A stretch of 64,000 nucleotides of DNA, taken from contig OZ234493.1 of assembly GCA_965153455.1 (NCBI GenBank), positions 25,534,213 to 25,598,212 on the forward strand, written 5' to 3'. The translations under genes were made by a program, and so were the position numbers. Numbering within the stretch: position 1 is the first letter of the stretch; every line of letters starts with the position of its first letter. This DNA is from Sphagnum compactum (lineage: Eukaryota). Positions 51,430 through 64,000 of the stretch are shown here, piece by piece. Below the pieces are notes generated by a model. That model worked only from the letters and a program-made list of their open reading frames with translations. It made no database searches and was not told the origin of the DNA.

Positions 51430-52975
51430 AAAAGAAACTTACCATTTCACAAGTGCGAATGATGATGCAAAACAGTTAGGATTTAACATTTAACTTAACC
51501 TTAATAAGCATTGTGATATCATAGGTGTGAATGGGAATTAAAAAAATTTAACATTGTATTTTATATGGTAAGTACGTTTAAGTCTTAAATGGCTTGGTGT
51601 TAGGGATTTATCACTAATTCCCTAACGCCAAGTGTGATTGAAGCATAACATGATCTCTAATTACAATTTGCATCATCTTGAATAATCACATTGTGCAAAA
51701 TTACACATTTCAACACGATGTTTGAAATTTCAATATGTCTTATCACCAATGTCATTAGATCATCACCTTCATTAATATTCTCCCAACCTTGTATTTTAGT
51801 TTCATTGTTGTTGCCATTTCCTTTTTTTTGGGTTGGACTTTAAAAATTCAATATAGCCAAACTTAACTCTACCAATGTCCTATTGCACAAAGGTGATATT
51901 AGGACACTAATGATTTCTTGTAAACATTTTTTGAAACATTCCTCCATCCTTTCTAGGTAATATTCAAGCTTCATAATGGCAAAATCAAAGTTATATGCTT
52001 CAATTTATGGCATTTGGGGGGTGGATCACATAAGCAAATTCCTTTGTTTGATTCACTTTGGTTTTTATTGTCAATTTATGGTGAATTTTCACCCCAAAAA
52101 ACTAGTTGGATGTGATAATCTATTTAAATTGGTAAGGAATACAATATCAAGTTTGTTATTTCAATTTTTTATTTAGGTTGACACAATCTTTTGAAAATAT
52201 TGATAGTTGTTTGTAATATAGATCAATAAGATTGGGCCAATAGCCCAAGGGATGTTTTTGTGCATGGTCATTGTGCATATGGCTATGGGTTCAATTTTCC
52301 ATTTATTAGCCATGTTAAATGCTATTTTTTTATAACCGCTCTTTTTTTGTAACAAGGGGTGGTTGGGTCAATTCATCATACAAAATTTAAAAAACATTTG
52401 AAGAATGTGATGCCCCCAATATAATAATTAGAAAGTGATGTTATGTAAGCCATACAATCCCCATACAATTGGCAACATAAGTAATTTATATGTTTCCTTA
52501 TATTTTTTGATTGATTTAATTGACATTTGCACTTGACACTTGTTAGGGGACTCTATTGTTGAATCCCCTAATGGCATGCTAACCATTTAGGACTTAAACC
52601 TAGTTATTATGAAAATTTTATGTTAAGCCAATATTCACTTAACATTAAGCTATCGCCTATTTAACATTGATTTAACATCAAGTGCAAATGCACCATAAGA
52701 TAGATGTACGTACGTATGTATGTATTATAATGTGTATTTATATGTGTATGTATATGCAAAGAGACTCTTCTTTACAATTGCTTGCGTGACACAATAGTCT
52801 TGTATCCATATAGGTGCATTCACACTTGGTGTTGTGGACTTTAGTGTTGAGTACCCTAACACCATACTAGTCATTTAGGACTTAGCACTTACTTACCATA
52901 AACATTTTACGTTAAGGTAACATTCATGTAATATTAAGCTATTGCCTATTTAACATTGGGTGCCACCTAGGATGC
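51430..52975. mobile_element. Cluster of degenerate copies of the 35.2-kb MITE family
   Basis: Copies at ~51430-51645 (…acgccaagtgtgattgaagc), ~52520-52695 (…catcaagtgcaaatgcacca|taa) and ~52812-52975 (aggtgcattcacacttggtgtt…); they share an internal catttaggactta motif or its complement. Confidence 0.65.
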
Positions 52976-53029
52976 CATGTTAATTTTAATTTCAATATTT
53001 AATTAAATTATATATTTAGTAATTAAATT

Positions 53030-53235
53030 AAATTTTTAGTGAAAAAATCATTTCAATATTATAGAACTTTTGCACAACAAGTCCAAATGCCATGGAACCA
53101 AAGCCCATCATGCACCTCTTTTCATCGAGAGCTCTCCAAAGACACCAAGAACACACGATCTGAAGCATCCCAGTTTGATGGATCTCAAAACAAAACAAAA
53201 CAAAGTACCTTCCTTCATTCATAGATAGATAGATT
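53030..53235 (-). mobile_element. Dispersed repeat, possible Helitron-like 5' end (copy 2 of 22197-22392)
   Basis: Direct similarity to 22197-22392; ends in (ATAG)n, which is TCTATCTAT on the minus strand. Confidence 0.55.
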
Positions 53236-53586
53236 ATTACTCAGACTTTGGGGGTGTAATGTCTGTCTCAAATAATAATGCCTTTTGGTCTAGTAAGTAC
53301 AAAACAAAAGACGAATGAAAGAGGATGATGAAACGCTGACAATAATATAAGAGACAGTATGGTCCTCCTCTCTCTCCCTCACCCCAACAACACTGAACAC
53401 GGATTGCACGAGTTTTCATGGCTTCCACTAACTTAGAACTCTTCTCTTGAGTTTGTCCTCACTTGACCGCACACATATATATATATTCGAGTTTATGTTA
53501 TGTATGAACCCAACCCAGGAGGAGTAGAAGACGACTAAACCCTAAACCCTGGGGTCCTACTTATTCACTCAAATGGGTTGGAGATG

Positions 53587-54140
53587 GAACCAAACCCATT
53601 CCAGTATGTAACCATCCTCTCCTGAATGTTCAATGGGCGATGGAACCAAACCCATTCCAGTACGTAACCATCCTCCCCAGAATGTTCAATGGGAGGAGGG
53701 AGCCAAACCCAACCCCATTCCAGTGCGTAACCAACCTGTCCAGAATGTTCAATGGGAGGAGGGAACCAAACCTGACCCAATTCCAGTGCGTAACTAACCT
53801 GTCCAGAATGTTCAATGGGAGGAGGGAACCAAACCCGACCCAATTCCAGTGCGTAACTAACCTGTCCAGAATGTTAAATGGGAGGAGGGAACCAAACCAA
53901 ACCAAACCCATTCCAGTACGTAACCAACCTATCCCAGTACGTAACCAATGTATACGGAATGTTCGATGGGGCAGGGAACCAAACCCATTCCAGTAGATAA
54001 CAACTTATCCAGAATGTTCAATGGGGGGAAGGAACCAAACCCATTCCAGTAATGTCACCAACTTCTCCAGAATGTTCAATGGGGGGAGGGAATTAAACCC
54101 ATTATTCCAGTAATGTGACCAACCTATCCAGAATGTTCAA
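53587..54140. repeat. Minisatellite, ~9 copies of 56-63 bp
   Basis: Unit gaaccaaacc(…)attccagt(a/g)cgtaaccaacctgtccagaatgttcaatgggaggagg; starts at 53587, 53643, 53700, 53763, 53826, 53889, 53976, 54032, 54090. Confidence 0.93.
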
Positions 54141-54509
54141 TCTCGACGACATTCACAGGTTTGAGGACAAATGATCAGGGCAGAATAATGGATCATTACA
54201 CGATGTCTGTCAATTCAGACCACTCCGGTTTGTTCTTAATCTTACCCCCCAGAGAAATTATACTCTAGTAAAATCTGCAAAATAATATTGGAAAAAGATC
54301 TTTGGGCATTTTCATCATGGAATTGTGCCTGTTGTACCCCCAAAAAACATCAGTTTTATTTAATGTTGAATTATTGTCACCAAATAAATTTTTTTTTTTT
54401 TAAATGGTTACCCAAGTACCTAGTCCAGTGCTCTGTACCACTCCTACAAGCCAGAGTGAATCAACCCCATATGACTCAGTTAAGGATGAATCCCTCTGAA
54501 AAAAGTCAG

Positions 54510-54560
54510 ATAGGTAGGTAGGTAAATAGGTAGGTAGGTTTAGGGTTTAGGGTTTAGGTA
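54510..54560. repeat. (TAGG)n run merging into ~3 TTTAGGG telomere-type repeats
   Basis: taggtaggtaggtaaataggtaggtaggtttagggtttagggtttagg. Confidence 0.8.
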
Positions 54561-57500
54561 ACACTTTGAAAACCCTACAAAAAAAAGTCAGGTAGGTAAG
54601 TAGATGCCATCTAAACCCAAGGTGAACCAAACACTCACACTGGTACTTACTACACCTTCTAGAGTATGGGTGCTGGTTAACCCAAGGTACCTCCTAGTGA
54701 CTACCATATTTAACTCAAGGAAATGAGTTGGATTTGGACTCATAGACCCTAAATATTTGTTCGTTCTTCGGATGGGATGTTTTACAATGAGAATTTTACA
54801 ATGTGTTTTTAAACAAAAGCAACCAATGGGAAGTGGAACTTGATGGAAAAAGTGAATTTTCTGTTCACCTATCATCCATCCGTCATGGTGTAACTTAACT
54901 AGTGGGTGTTGGTTCATTCTGGCCCTATTACTAAATCCATGTTAGAATTGGATATTGTACATATAATAAATAAGCTTTTTCTATAGATATACCCAATCAA
55001 AGCACATGGAATATAATATGGGGTATTATTTCCAAGGAGTTAACAAATTGGAAGGCAAGGTGACACTCCAACCTAATGTATAATCCCCTCTTCGAAAGAG
55101 ATTTGCAAACTATGCAATATCCAATAAGGGATCGAATTATCTCACAAAATAAATTGTAGTCAATTTTATTTTTTGGTAGAATAATTAAATTTCATTGAAT
55201 GCTCCCTAGTAAAATAAATTGTACTTGAATTATCTCCCTCACTCAAGGTTTTTGGGGGAAAAAAAATGGTTACAAAAATTTGGAAATTTGATTCCAAAAA
55301 ATTAGTAAAATTTGCACTAATGTAAATTTTTTTTGACAAAATTCTCCCAATGTTTTGTTCAAAAGATGACAAAAAAATTTCCCCAAAGAATCACTACCAA
55401 CAATTGATCCCCTTTTATTGCAAAGTGAATGTATCCAAAACTTAAGGACATGAAGAAGGTTCACAATACATATACATTCAAGATTAGAAACTCTAAACAA
55501 ATGTTGGCCGATTATTGAGAAAACACTTGATTATCAACCTAGTTATCAATAAGGTTATTAATAACCTACGAAGAAGTTATTGATTTTTTGAAAAACCACA
55601 TAAAAAAACCCTAGCACCTTGTAGGTAGCATTCAAACAACTAACAAGACTCTTATAGGCCATGCATTGAATTTCCAAATTTTAATAACTTACACGGATGA
55701 TTGAAATTTCAGTCTAGTAAGTTATCAATCTTAAAACCCTAAATTTGTTTATGACACGCATGAAACTTGATGTTTGACAAGCATCAAGCTCGACAAAGCC
55801 ATGAGTCATAATTCATGCTTGTCACTTTGGGAGGTGGGGTAAGATGATTCAACCAAGTAGGCAAACTCAAAGAAGGTAAGATTAAGTGTTCAAACACATT
55901 AAGGTATGTCCTTCACGATCCTAGAAACAAAGGGGAAGAAACTTTGGCCAAAGTGAACCATCCATGGTGGATTATGCTTGATCAAATAAAATTTTCCTTT
56001 GAATTTTAATTTCCTAGTTTATCACAATGATTAATTCAATTGTTATGTTGTGAATCTTATTCTTGAAAATAAGATCACAAAAGGAGAGAAAATGAAATTC
56101 AACCTTAAAACCTACCCTACATGGGCAATATAATAGGCAATTCTCGAGGTAGGTATTTGGAAATCGAACCTCATGCATGATAGATGTATATTACCCAAAA
56201 AATAAAAATAAAAATGATAGCCATGATTTTATTTTTGGGTGAAATTCTGCCAAAGTTTGACTTGAAAAAATATGATTTTGATTTATACAAAAAAATTTCC
56301 ATGGAAAACTTGGCCCAATTTTGCTAGATTTTGGAAAAAATTAAATTTCCAAATCACCATATTTTTATGATAAGCTCCAATAGGTAGCCAATAATATAGA
56401 AAAATCATTTTTTTAAATTTTCATATTTAATCTATAGCCAAATCTAAGTAAATCATCTTATGGATGATTGCCACTTGAGCTACATCACAAAATTGAAATA
56501 AAACCCTACAACCAAATTATTAAATTGATAGTGAAATTTATAATTAACTATTTGCAACATATGTTTTTTATATTAATACTTTATATTGTCTTGTTCCTTG
56601 TGTGGTGCCTCCCCTTCCCAAAAATAACCTACCCAATTAATCATACTTATTGTTGGAAATTGATAGTGGATCAATAGAAAAATAAAAATGATAAAAACAT
56701 TAATTTATAACAAACTCTTCATCCAACGTTAAGATCACATAGATGTTGTCACAAAATTACGATCCACCTTCGAGCTCTAGCCTTTTTTTGAATAAGAGGT
56801 GATCGCTCCTGTAGATGTTACCTACCCTAGAAATGCATGCACATGCACAAGGCCATCATCTCATGTATATGTCGCCTCTCCTTAAATAAAATGAATCATC
56901 ACATGCATTGAGATATTTCACACTAAATTTTACTAGAGATATTTAAATAATTTTACTTTAACATATATCATAATCCCAAAAGTATCTGCAATATCCAACA
57001 CTTATGTCGCGCACCCTGTATACCCACCCCCTCCTCCTCCACAACCTTTTTTTTTGCCTTCCCCCCCCCTTCCACCTTCTTTCAACAAGCCTTAATTATT
57101 TAATCATTCCTTGAGAGATTATTTAATGAGGAGATCTTTTTTATGCCTGCTTCCAGTGATATTATGCCCAGAATATGCAATTATGAACACAACTGTTGTT
57201 TGGGCAGAGTATTTATTCATGTTTGTCCCCTCCATTCCCTCCCCACTCCCCCTTAAACCCCCATTTGCCCCTCCACACAAGCCAAAACCCCCAAGTAATT
57301 AATTATTAAAAAAATCATACTATAAATATAAATATAAATATGAATATAAATATTTGAGCACCAACTGCTATGCCAACCAATCATCAACAATTCAATTTTT
57401 TGTCAAATTCTAAGAGCAAATAATAAGAAAATCAAATTGATGTGTGAAGAAGGTTTTAGGGGTTATTGGTAATTTGGTATTAGGAGAATATAAGGAAAAT

Positions 57501-58049
57501 TAAATTTGTTAATTTAAAACCCAAAAAAAAAAAAAAAAAAAACTACTTGAGCCAAATTGTCCCAACTACACACTAAGTTTTGTTAAGAAACAAATAATTA
57601 TGACAAAAGTAACAACAAATTGCTATTGTGCATTTTATTTTTTTAAGGACATGCACAAACAACAAATTTTGTCATATGTTTTTAAGGACCAAAATTATAT
57701 GGAAATTTTGTTTTCTTAGTTTGAAAATTCGAATAATTTCACTAAATTTCTGAATTATTGAAAAAATTCAACAAGTTCTTGATATCATAAATTAATTTAT
57801 AAAAATAAAAAATTAAAATAAAATAAAAAACCCTTTCACACACATGCACACACATATACCTATGTATGTATGTATGTATGTATACCGATATATATTTTTT
57901 ACTTGGGATGTGAAGTGGGTGAATGGATGGTGGGGATGCATTTTTTCAGATCATGATCATGCATGATGGATGGCAGATGGGAAGATCAAAATAAGACTTA
58001 GTTTTGAAAAACAAAAGAAGGCCCCCCCCCCAAAAAAAAAAATTAAAAA

Positions 58050-58632
58050 AAAAGAGAAAATAAATAGAGGGAGGAAAAAAAAACCAGACCAGAAGTACAA
58101 CAGTTGAATGTGAATGACTGAATGGGAAGGTTATATTGTTCATATCCGTCTTGATAACCTTTTATAACCTTATGATACCAGGCAGTTGCTGCCCAGGGAA
58201 GAATTTTTTAAAAAGAGAATAAAAAAGAAAGAAAATTTTAATGATGAGGGCCGACAGTGAAACAATGAGAGAAAATTATTTTTTAAAAAAGAAAAAAAAG
58301 AAATAGAGGGGCCCAAAAAAAAAAACCAGAAAAATAGCCGGTACCAGTTATATTGTTCAAATATCCCTCTTGATAACCTTTAAATAACCTTATGATAGCA
58401 GGTAGTTGCTGCCCGCCTGCCCAGTGGAAGAAAAGAGAGAGAGAGAGTGTGTGTAATGAGAGAAAGGGAGAAATTCTGTTTTTAAAAAAAGAAAAAAAGA
58501 GAGAAAAAAAAATAGAGAGGGAGGAAAAAAACACAAAAAAACCAGAAATAGCGGGTACCAGTTATGTTATTGATATACCCCAAGTGATACCCGTTTATAA
58601 CCTTTTGATACCAGGTAGTTTCTGCCCGGGGA
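58050..58632. repeat. Imperfect triplication (~220-230-bp period) upstream of SAE2
   Basis: Block gttat.ttg…ttgataacc.tt.ataacctt.tgata.cagg.agtt.ctgccc occurs at ~58130-58196, ~58347-58413 and ~58561-58628, each preceded by aaaaccaga. Confidence 0.75.
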
Positions 58633-59036
58633 AGGAAAATAAAGAAGAAGAGAAGACTGTGATGGGGGACCCCAGCGAGAGAGAGAGAGAGAGAGAGAGG
58701 AGCGCTACTGCGAGAGAGGAGAGAGGAGAGCTTGGGCGATGGCGTCTGTCTTCGCTTCCTTCCCAATTTCCCACGACGCCGTTCCTTCGTGTATCGATAG
58801 CATGGGTACTGAGACAGGCAGTGGGGCAGTGCCACGAACAGGCATGAAGCTCGGAACAGAAGGCGGAGAACGAAGCAACGATTTGTAGACTGCAGAAGAG
58901 CCTCTGTTTTACGCACCTGGACTAGTCACTGTTTCACAAGAGAGACAGAAGAGAAAAACAGCAGAGACAAAAGAGATACGCAGACAGGAGTCTTTTTTTT
59001 CTTTTTTTTTTGCTTACGGGGATGACATTTGCGGCC

Positions 59037-59496
59037 ATGGGTTCGGAGGAGGAGAGAATAGCTATCGAGGTATTTTTATTGTCCCTCTCTGCTTCTGTTC
59101 TGTTCTTTCTTCTCCTGCTGCTGCTGTTGCTGTTGTTGTTTTTGTTTCGGGGTTTGGGGTTTAGTGAGATGTAGAGGTTTCTTGCAATGGTTTTCAGGAG
59201 CCTAAAAAAAATACTTGTGTGTTTTTTGTTCTTTTCCATCACCACTCATCACCATCACTATGGCCTTCATCATGTGGGAGCTCGCTCTCTAGGGGTAGCA
59301 AAGCAAGCTCATACCCTCCTCCTCCTCCTCAAGGGTTTTTACCTGCATGGGGATGTTCTTTTTTGTTGAGAGGGGAGCAGAAGGAGAAGGTACTGATGGT
59401 GGGAGCAGGAGGGATTGGCTGTGAGCTCCTGAAAACGCTGGTGTTGACAGGCTTCAAACACATCCACCTGGTCCGTTTTTTTGCTGCCCTGCTGCT

Positions 59497-59535
<39 letters not shown>

Positions 59536-62500
59536 ATTGCGTTCACCAATTCCTCTTGTGCAGCAGCTGATTTTTTGTGTTTACAGACACTACAACTCCT
59601 CTCTGCAAACCCTTTTCTGTCACAAACCCTCACTTCTTTTTGTACGTCTTCTTCAACAATAGATTTATTAGAAACCTTGGAAGAGGAGACATGTGCTTCT
59701 GGAACAACCATTTGTGCAATTGTTTCTTTTCTGCAACTAAAATGGCATTCAGAAACAAAACAAAACAAAACAGTGTCTTCTTTCGCTGTGTCCCTCTGTG
59801 TGTGTGTGTGTGTGTGTGTGTCTCTCTCTCCCTTGACATTGCATTCTTTGGGAGATCTCTTTGATGAAGAGCCATGAAGAATTAGACCAATCAAGTGCAA
59901 ATTGTTTGCCAATTCTTTCAATTCTACGAATCTCTGCATGATTTTTGTTGGAAAAATATGAAGAAATGTTTTGTGGTAGTGCAGATTGACATGGACACCA
60001 TTGAAGTTAGCAACCTCAACAGACAGTTCCTGTTCCGCAAGAGCCATGTGGGTCAATCAAAAGCCAAGGTAAGAAACGAAAACCAACACAAAAAACAATG
60101 CTAGGAGGATTTCTTCTTCTCAAATTCTCAACTTCTACTCGAATTCTTCCTTTTTTGGTTTTTTTTGGGAGCTGGAAACAACATCTTTTGCTAGGTTTTC
60201 CTCAAGACCAACAAAATGACAGACTAGCACTGCATTGTGTGTTTGGAGGAGTTTTCATGGCATTCTGTTTTTTTGTGGTGCTGCTGCAAGGTAGAACAGG
60301 CATCTCCTGCTCCTCAGTTGAGTACTGTGTTTTGGATTTATTTGTTGTTGTTGCAGGTGGCTCGTGAGGCAGTGCTCAAGTTCAGGCCTGGAGTAGACAT
60401 AGTGGCGCATCATGGCAATGTGAAGAACACTGAGTTTGACATCGACTTCTTCAAGCAGTTCAGTGTGGTTCTTAATGGCCTCGACAATTTGGAAGCACGG
60501 CGTCATGTCAACCGTTTGTGCTTGGCTGCTGGAGTTCCCTTAGTGGAAAGTGGCACAACTGGTTACCTTGGTCAGGTACATATGCATGTACACGCTAACA
60601 TGTGATATGTTCTTTTCAAATTGTTCTTTCTTGCAAAGATTTCTCTGCAATTTTCATAGTTACATCATGCACATCATGTGCAATAAAGAAATGCAGTTCC
60701 AGGTGGGAAAAATGATTGTTGGCACAGTGATTTGTAGCATACTTTGTTGCAGGTGCTCAGTGCAGGGTTGGTTACTTGTTGTTTTGAGCCTTTTTCTGTG
60801 CTTGCAGGTGACAGTGCACATCAAGGGTAAGACCGAGTGTTACGAGTGCCAGCCTAAACCAGCACCAAAATCTTATCCCGTCTGTACCATCACAAGCACG
60901 CCGTCCAAGGTGATCTTCCTCTACCATTTGGGTCAATTTTTTTCAGGGTTGTTTCTGGATTTTCAAATGCTGGTTTTTGCTGTATTGAGTTTTGTGTTCT
61001 GATTTATTTATTCATTTAAAACATTTTTAAACTTTTTCTGTGGCAGTTGATACATTGCATTGTATGGGCAAAAGAATTGGCACTGGCAAAGTTATTCGGG
61101 GACAAAAGCCAAGTTAGTGATCTGGATGTGCGGACATCTGTTGCTGATGGGAAATCTATCACCAGTGAGGTGGAGAATGATGATGTGAAGTTTTTTGAAT
61201 TGAGAAGTGGGGAAAGCTTTCAGCAGTTTGCAGCTCGTGTGTTTGACCGCATCTTTGGTTATAACATTGAAATTGCTCTTCAGAATGAGGAAACCTGGAA
61301 AGCCAGGAGGCAGCCGGATCCTTTATACCTGGACAAAATTCTACCAAATCAACAAGAAGAAGAAGAATCTGCAGCAGAAGAAAATGGAAAAAATGGTGTT
61401 GAGATTGAACAACATCCCACTGTGTCTGCCATGGCAACCTTGGGACTCAAGAACCCACAGAAAATCTGGGATGTGCAAGAGAATGCAAGAGTATTTCTGG
61501 AGTCAATTCAATTGTTCTTCAAAAGGCGGAGCAAGGTAAACAGGACAGGTTCTCTTTTTCCTCAGTTTTCTTTTTTCTGTAGTTCCTGCGGTTGTTGCAC
61601 CTGATGTGTTTGACTGTATGATGATGAAGAAGAACATGAAACTGCTTGTCACAAGCTCAGAGTGACAACATCATGGGGTGGCAGGACATTGGGAAGCTGG
61701 TATTTGACAAGGATGATCAGTTAGCAGTTGAGTTTGTAACCGCAGCTGCCAACCTTCGGGCACATTCTTTTGGGATACCGATGCAGAGCCTATTTGAGGC
61801 TAAGGGCATGGCTGGTAACATTATACATGCCATTGCTACCACAAATGCATGTATTGCAGGGCTTATAGTACTTGAAGCTCTGAAGCTGCTCACGAACCGA
61901 ACCAGGCAGTGCCGGTCTGTCTGTCTGCTGCCCTTGTTATTATTTTCCCACATCTGAACTCATATGACATTTCATGGTTGCTGCTGCTGCTGCTGCAGTA
62001 CCCTTACAATTACTAATCTGATTCATTCGATGTGCAGTCTGCTTGCACTTGCATTTGCTCCTGAGCAAAAGATGAAAAATACCATGAGATGGTGGCACTG
62101 TGGTGTGCAGGATGACATATTGTGTTGAGCATCCAACTCGGAAAATGTTGCTTGTTCCAGTGGAGCCAGCTGAGCCGAATCCGCGCTGCTATGTCTGCTC
62201 AGAGGTGTGTGTTTGTTGTGTCCATCCTGTGAACTCTGCTCTGATTGATGGGATGAAATTGTTAGCTTGAAACTAAGGGACAAAGGTGATGTGCTGGGTG
62301 GTGGGGTTCAGACACCACTGGTGTTGGAGGTGAATACTGTCACGGCAACGATGAGGGATGTGATCGAGAAGGTGTTGAAGCGAAAGCTGGGGGTTGACTC
62401 TCCTGTCATTATGCAGGGTTCATCTCTGCTCTATGAGACTGGCGATGACTTAGAGGACGACATGGCTGCCCACTATGCCTCTCTTTTGAACAAGGTTCAC

Positions 62501-63385
62501 AAGCACCCATGTTGCATTAAGGATCTCTTGGGTTTGGCAGCTGTGTCATAGCTAGACCTAACTTGGTCCCTATTTGAAAAGTCTTGCTCGGTGAATCAGA
62601 GTATCTATCTGTAAGAAGCATTACTTTGCCTGCTGCTGCTGCTGCTGCTGCTGTGCCACTGGGGTGATTTGTTGAAGCAAGGACTGGCTGGGGGTCGGTA
62701 ATTTGTTTGAAGCAGAGTTTGGCATTGTATCCGACTCCTATTACGACTGGTGTGGTGTTGACTGTGGAAGACTACCATCAGGACTTCCGGTGCAGCCTAC
62801 ATGTGAAACACAGGTTTTTGATTTGCATTCATACACTGAGTTTCCATCTAGAAATACTCAGGCTTTTGTTCTCAGAGGCTCCTTGAAGCTTTGCAGCATC
62901 CTGGGAAGTTGTAGAGATATGCATTCATATGGCAGCTTTTGTTGTAGATAGTGAGCAAATCATTTGGGCTTTTACCTGAGTTGCTTTGATTGTTCTGTAC
63001 AAAAGGGTCACTGCAGGTGATGATAGATATGATGAAGAATTTGGTTGTTGGGTATTTGCACAGGGAGACATTTGATGAAGAGACAGAACCTGATGGGATG
63101 TTAGTAACTGGTGACATCGCATCAGTTATCAATGCAGAACAGCCTACACTGCAACCAAAGACACCAGCAGCTACACTGCAACCAAAGACACCAGCAGCAG
63201 ATGATGAGGATCTGTTCAACAAAGAGGAGAATGGCCATGGTGATAACAACAAGGATGATGATGATGATCTCGTCATGTTCACTCCAGAGACAATTGTAGG
63301 CACCAAACGAAAGCTTGAGGAAGATGAAAACCTACCGGTAGAAGAAAAAAGGTTGAGAATTGAAGAACCGCCAGTCGTGGTTTAA
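59037..63385 (+). CDS. SAE2: SUMO-activating enzyme E1 subunit 2 (SAE2/UBA2), ~647 aa, 11 exons
   Basis: Exons 59037-59069, 59381-59470, 59985-60068, 60357-60575, 60808-60909, 61047-61535, 61685-61914, 62111-62204, 62312-62494, 62716-62813, 63064-63385 (1944 nt). Motifs [26 protein letters not shown], catalytic [27 protein letters not shown] and a C-terminal KRKL…KRLR NLS. An in-frame upstream ATG at 59022 is possible. Confidence 0.95.
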
Positions 63386-64000
63386 AATTCTTTGCCTCAG
63401 TGTGTATGAATCATGTAGAGCAGCTGCAGCACTTTTTCAAGTTCATTTTTCCCTGAACAACAGCAGTCTTATTATTGCCAGCAAGGTGAGTATTGTACAC
63501 ACTTGTCAGGTTGTGTTAAGACTGGAATTACAAAGGGTGCAAGAAACCATCTTCTTTCTTTCTTGGGTAACTCCACACTGCTGATGATGCTTCAATATTC
63601 TGAAGCTTTTGCCAAGATGGGTTTTGTGGGTTGCAACAAGGTCCAGATGCATTTTCAATGAGTGCACACTAGGTGTCTGCAAATTTTCTCACTGTCTTTT
63701 CAACTGTGCTCCTTACAGACATACAAACAGAAGGAAAAACTGAAGAATCACCATTTGTTGGCTGATCTTGGAAGGAGGTCCATGAGTGTAGTCGTGTTTA
63801 CCTTATGGGCAGTACATATGGAAAAAGATCGTTTGTAATCCAAAAGCAGGTGATTAAGCCTGCACGCAATCTTCTTCTTCTTCTGTTGAAGCCTTTCTGT
63901 TTTCTTGGTACTGATGGAATATTAGAGAATCTACACATTGGCTAACCTCTCCGATTGTTGTCTGTGAATGAGAACCTCAATTGGGTTCATACAACCTATT

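Overview
Eukaryotic land-plant nuclear DNA with GT-AG introns, AT-rich intergenic DNA, microsatellites and TTTAGGG motifs; it looks bryophyte-like (possibly Sphagnum), but that is an impression I cannot confirm. Eight spliced protein-coding genes could be assembled by hand, all on the + strand: a group-3 LEA protein (2232-3940), a small mitochondrial ATP synthase 6-kDa-subunit homolog (12724-13427), cytosolic HSP101/ClpB1 (16270-21775), a GH17+X8 beta-1,3-glucanase-like protein (29259-32180), CWC15 (39968-42375), a plastid-type TVP38/TMEM64 protein (45185-47905), RPS9/uS4 (48717-49514) and SUMO E1 subunit SAE2 (59037-63385). Between them are a decayed two-gene PIF/Harbinger element, a second Harbinger ORF1 relic, Tourist-like MITEs, a hAT-like transposase relic, a SWIM relic, Helitron-like and other dispersed repeats, a ~250-bp decayed plastid 16S fragment (NUPT) and several minisatellite arrays, some next to or inside the stress genes. 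I found no CRISPR array, no tRNA and no convincing wholly new system. The best leads are the GH17 gene with Asp at the catalytic acid/base position, the repeat arrays at LEA and HSP101, and the CpG-rich hAT-like relic. All exon models are manual predictions.
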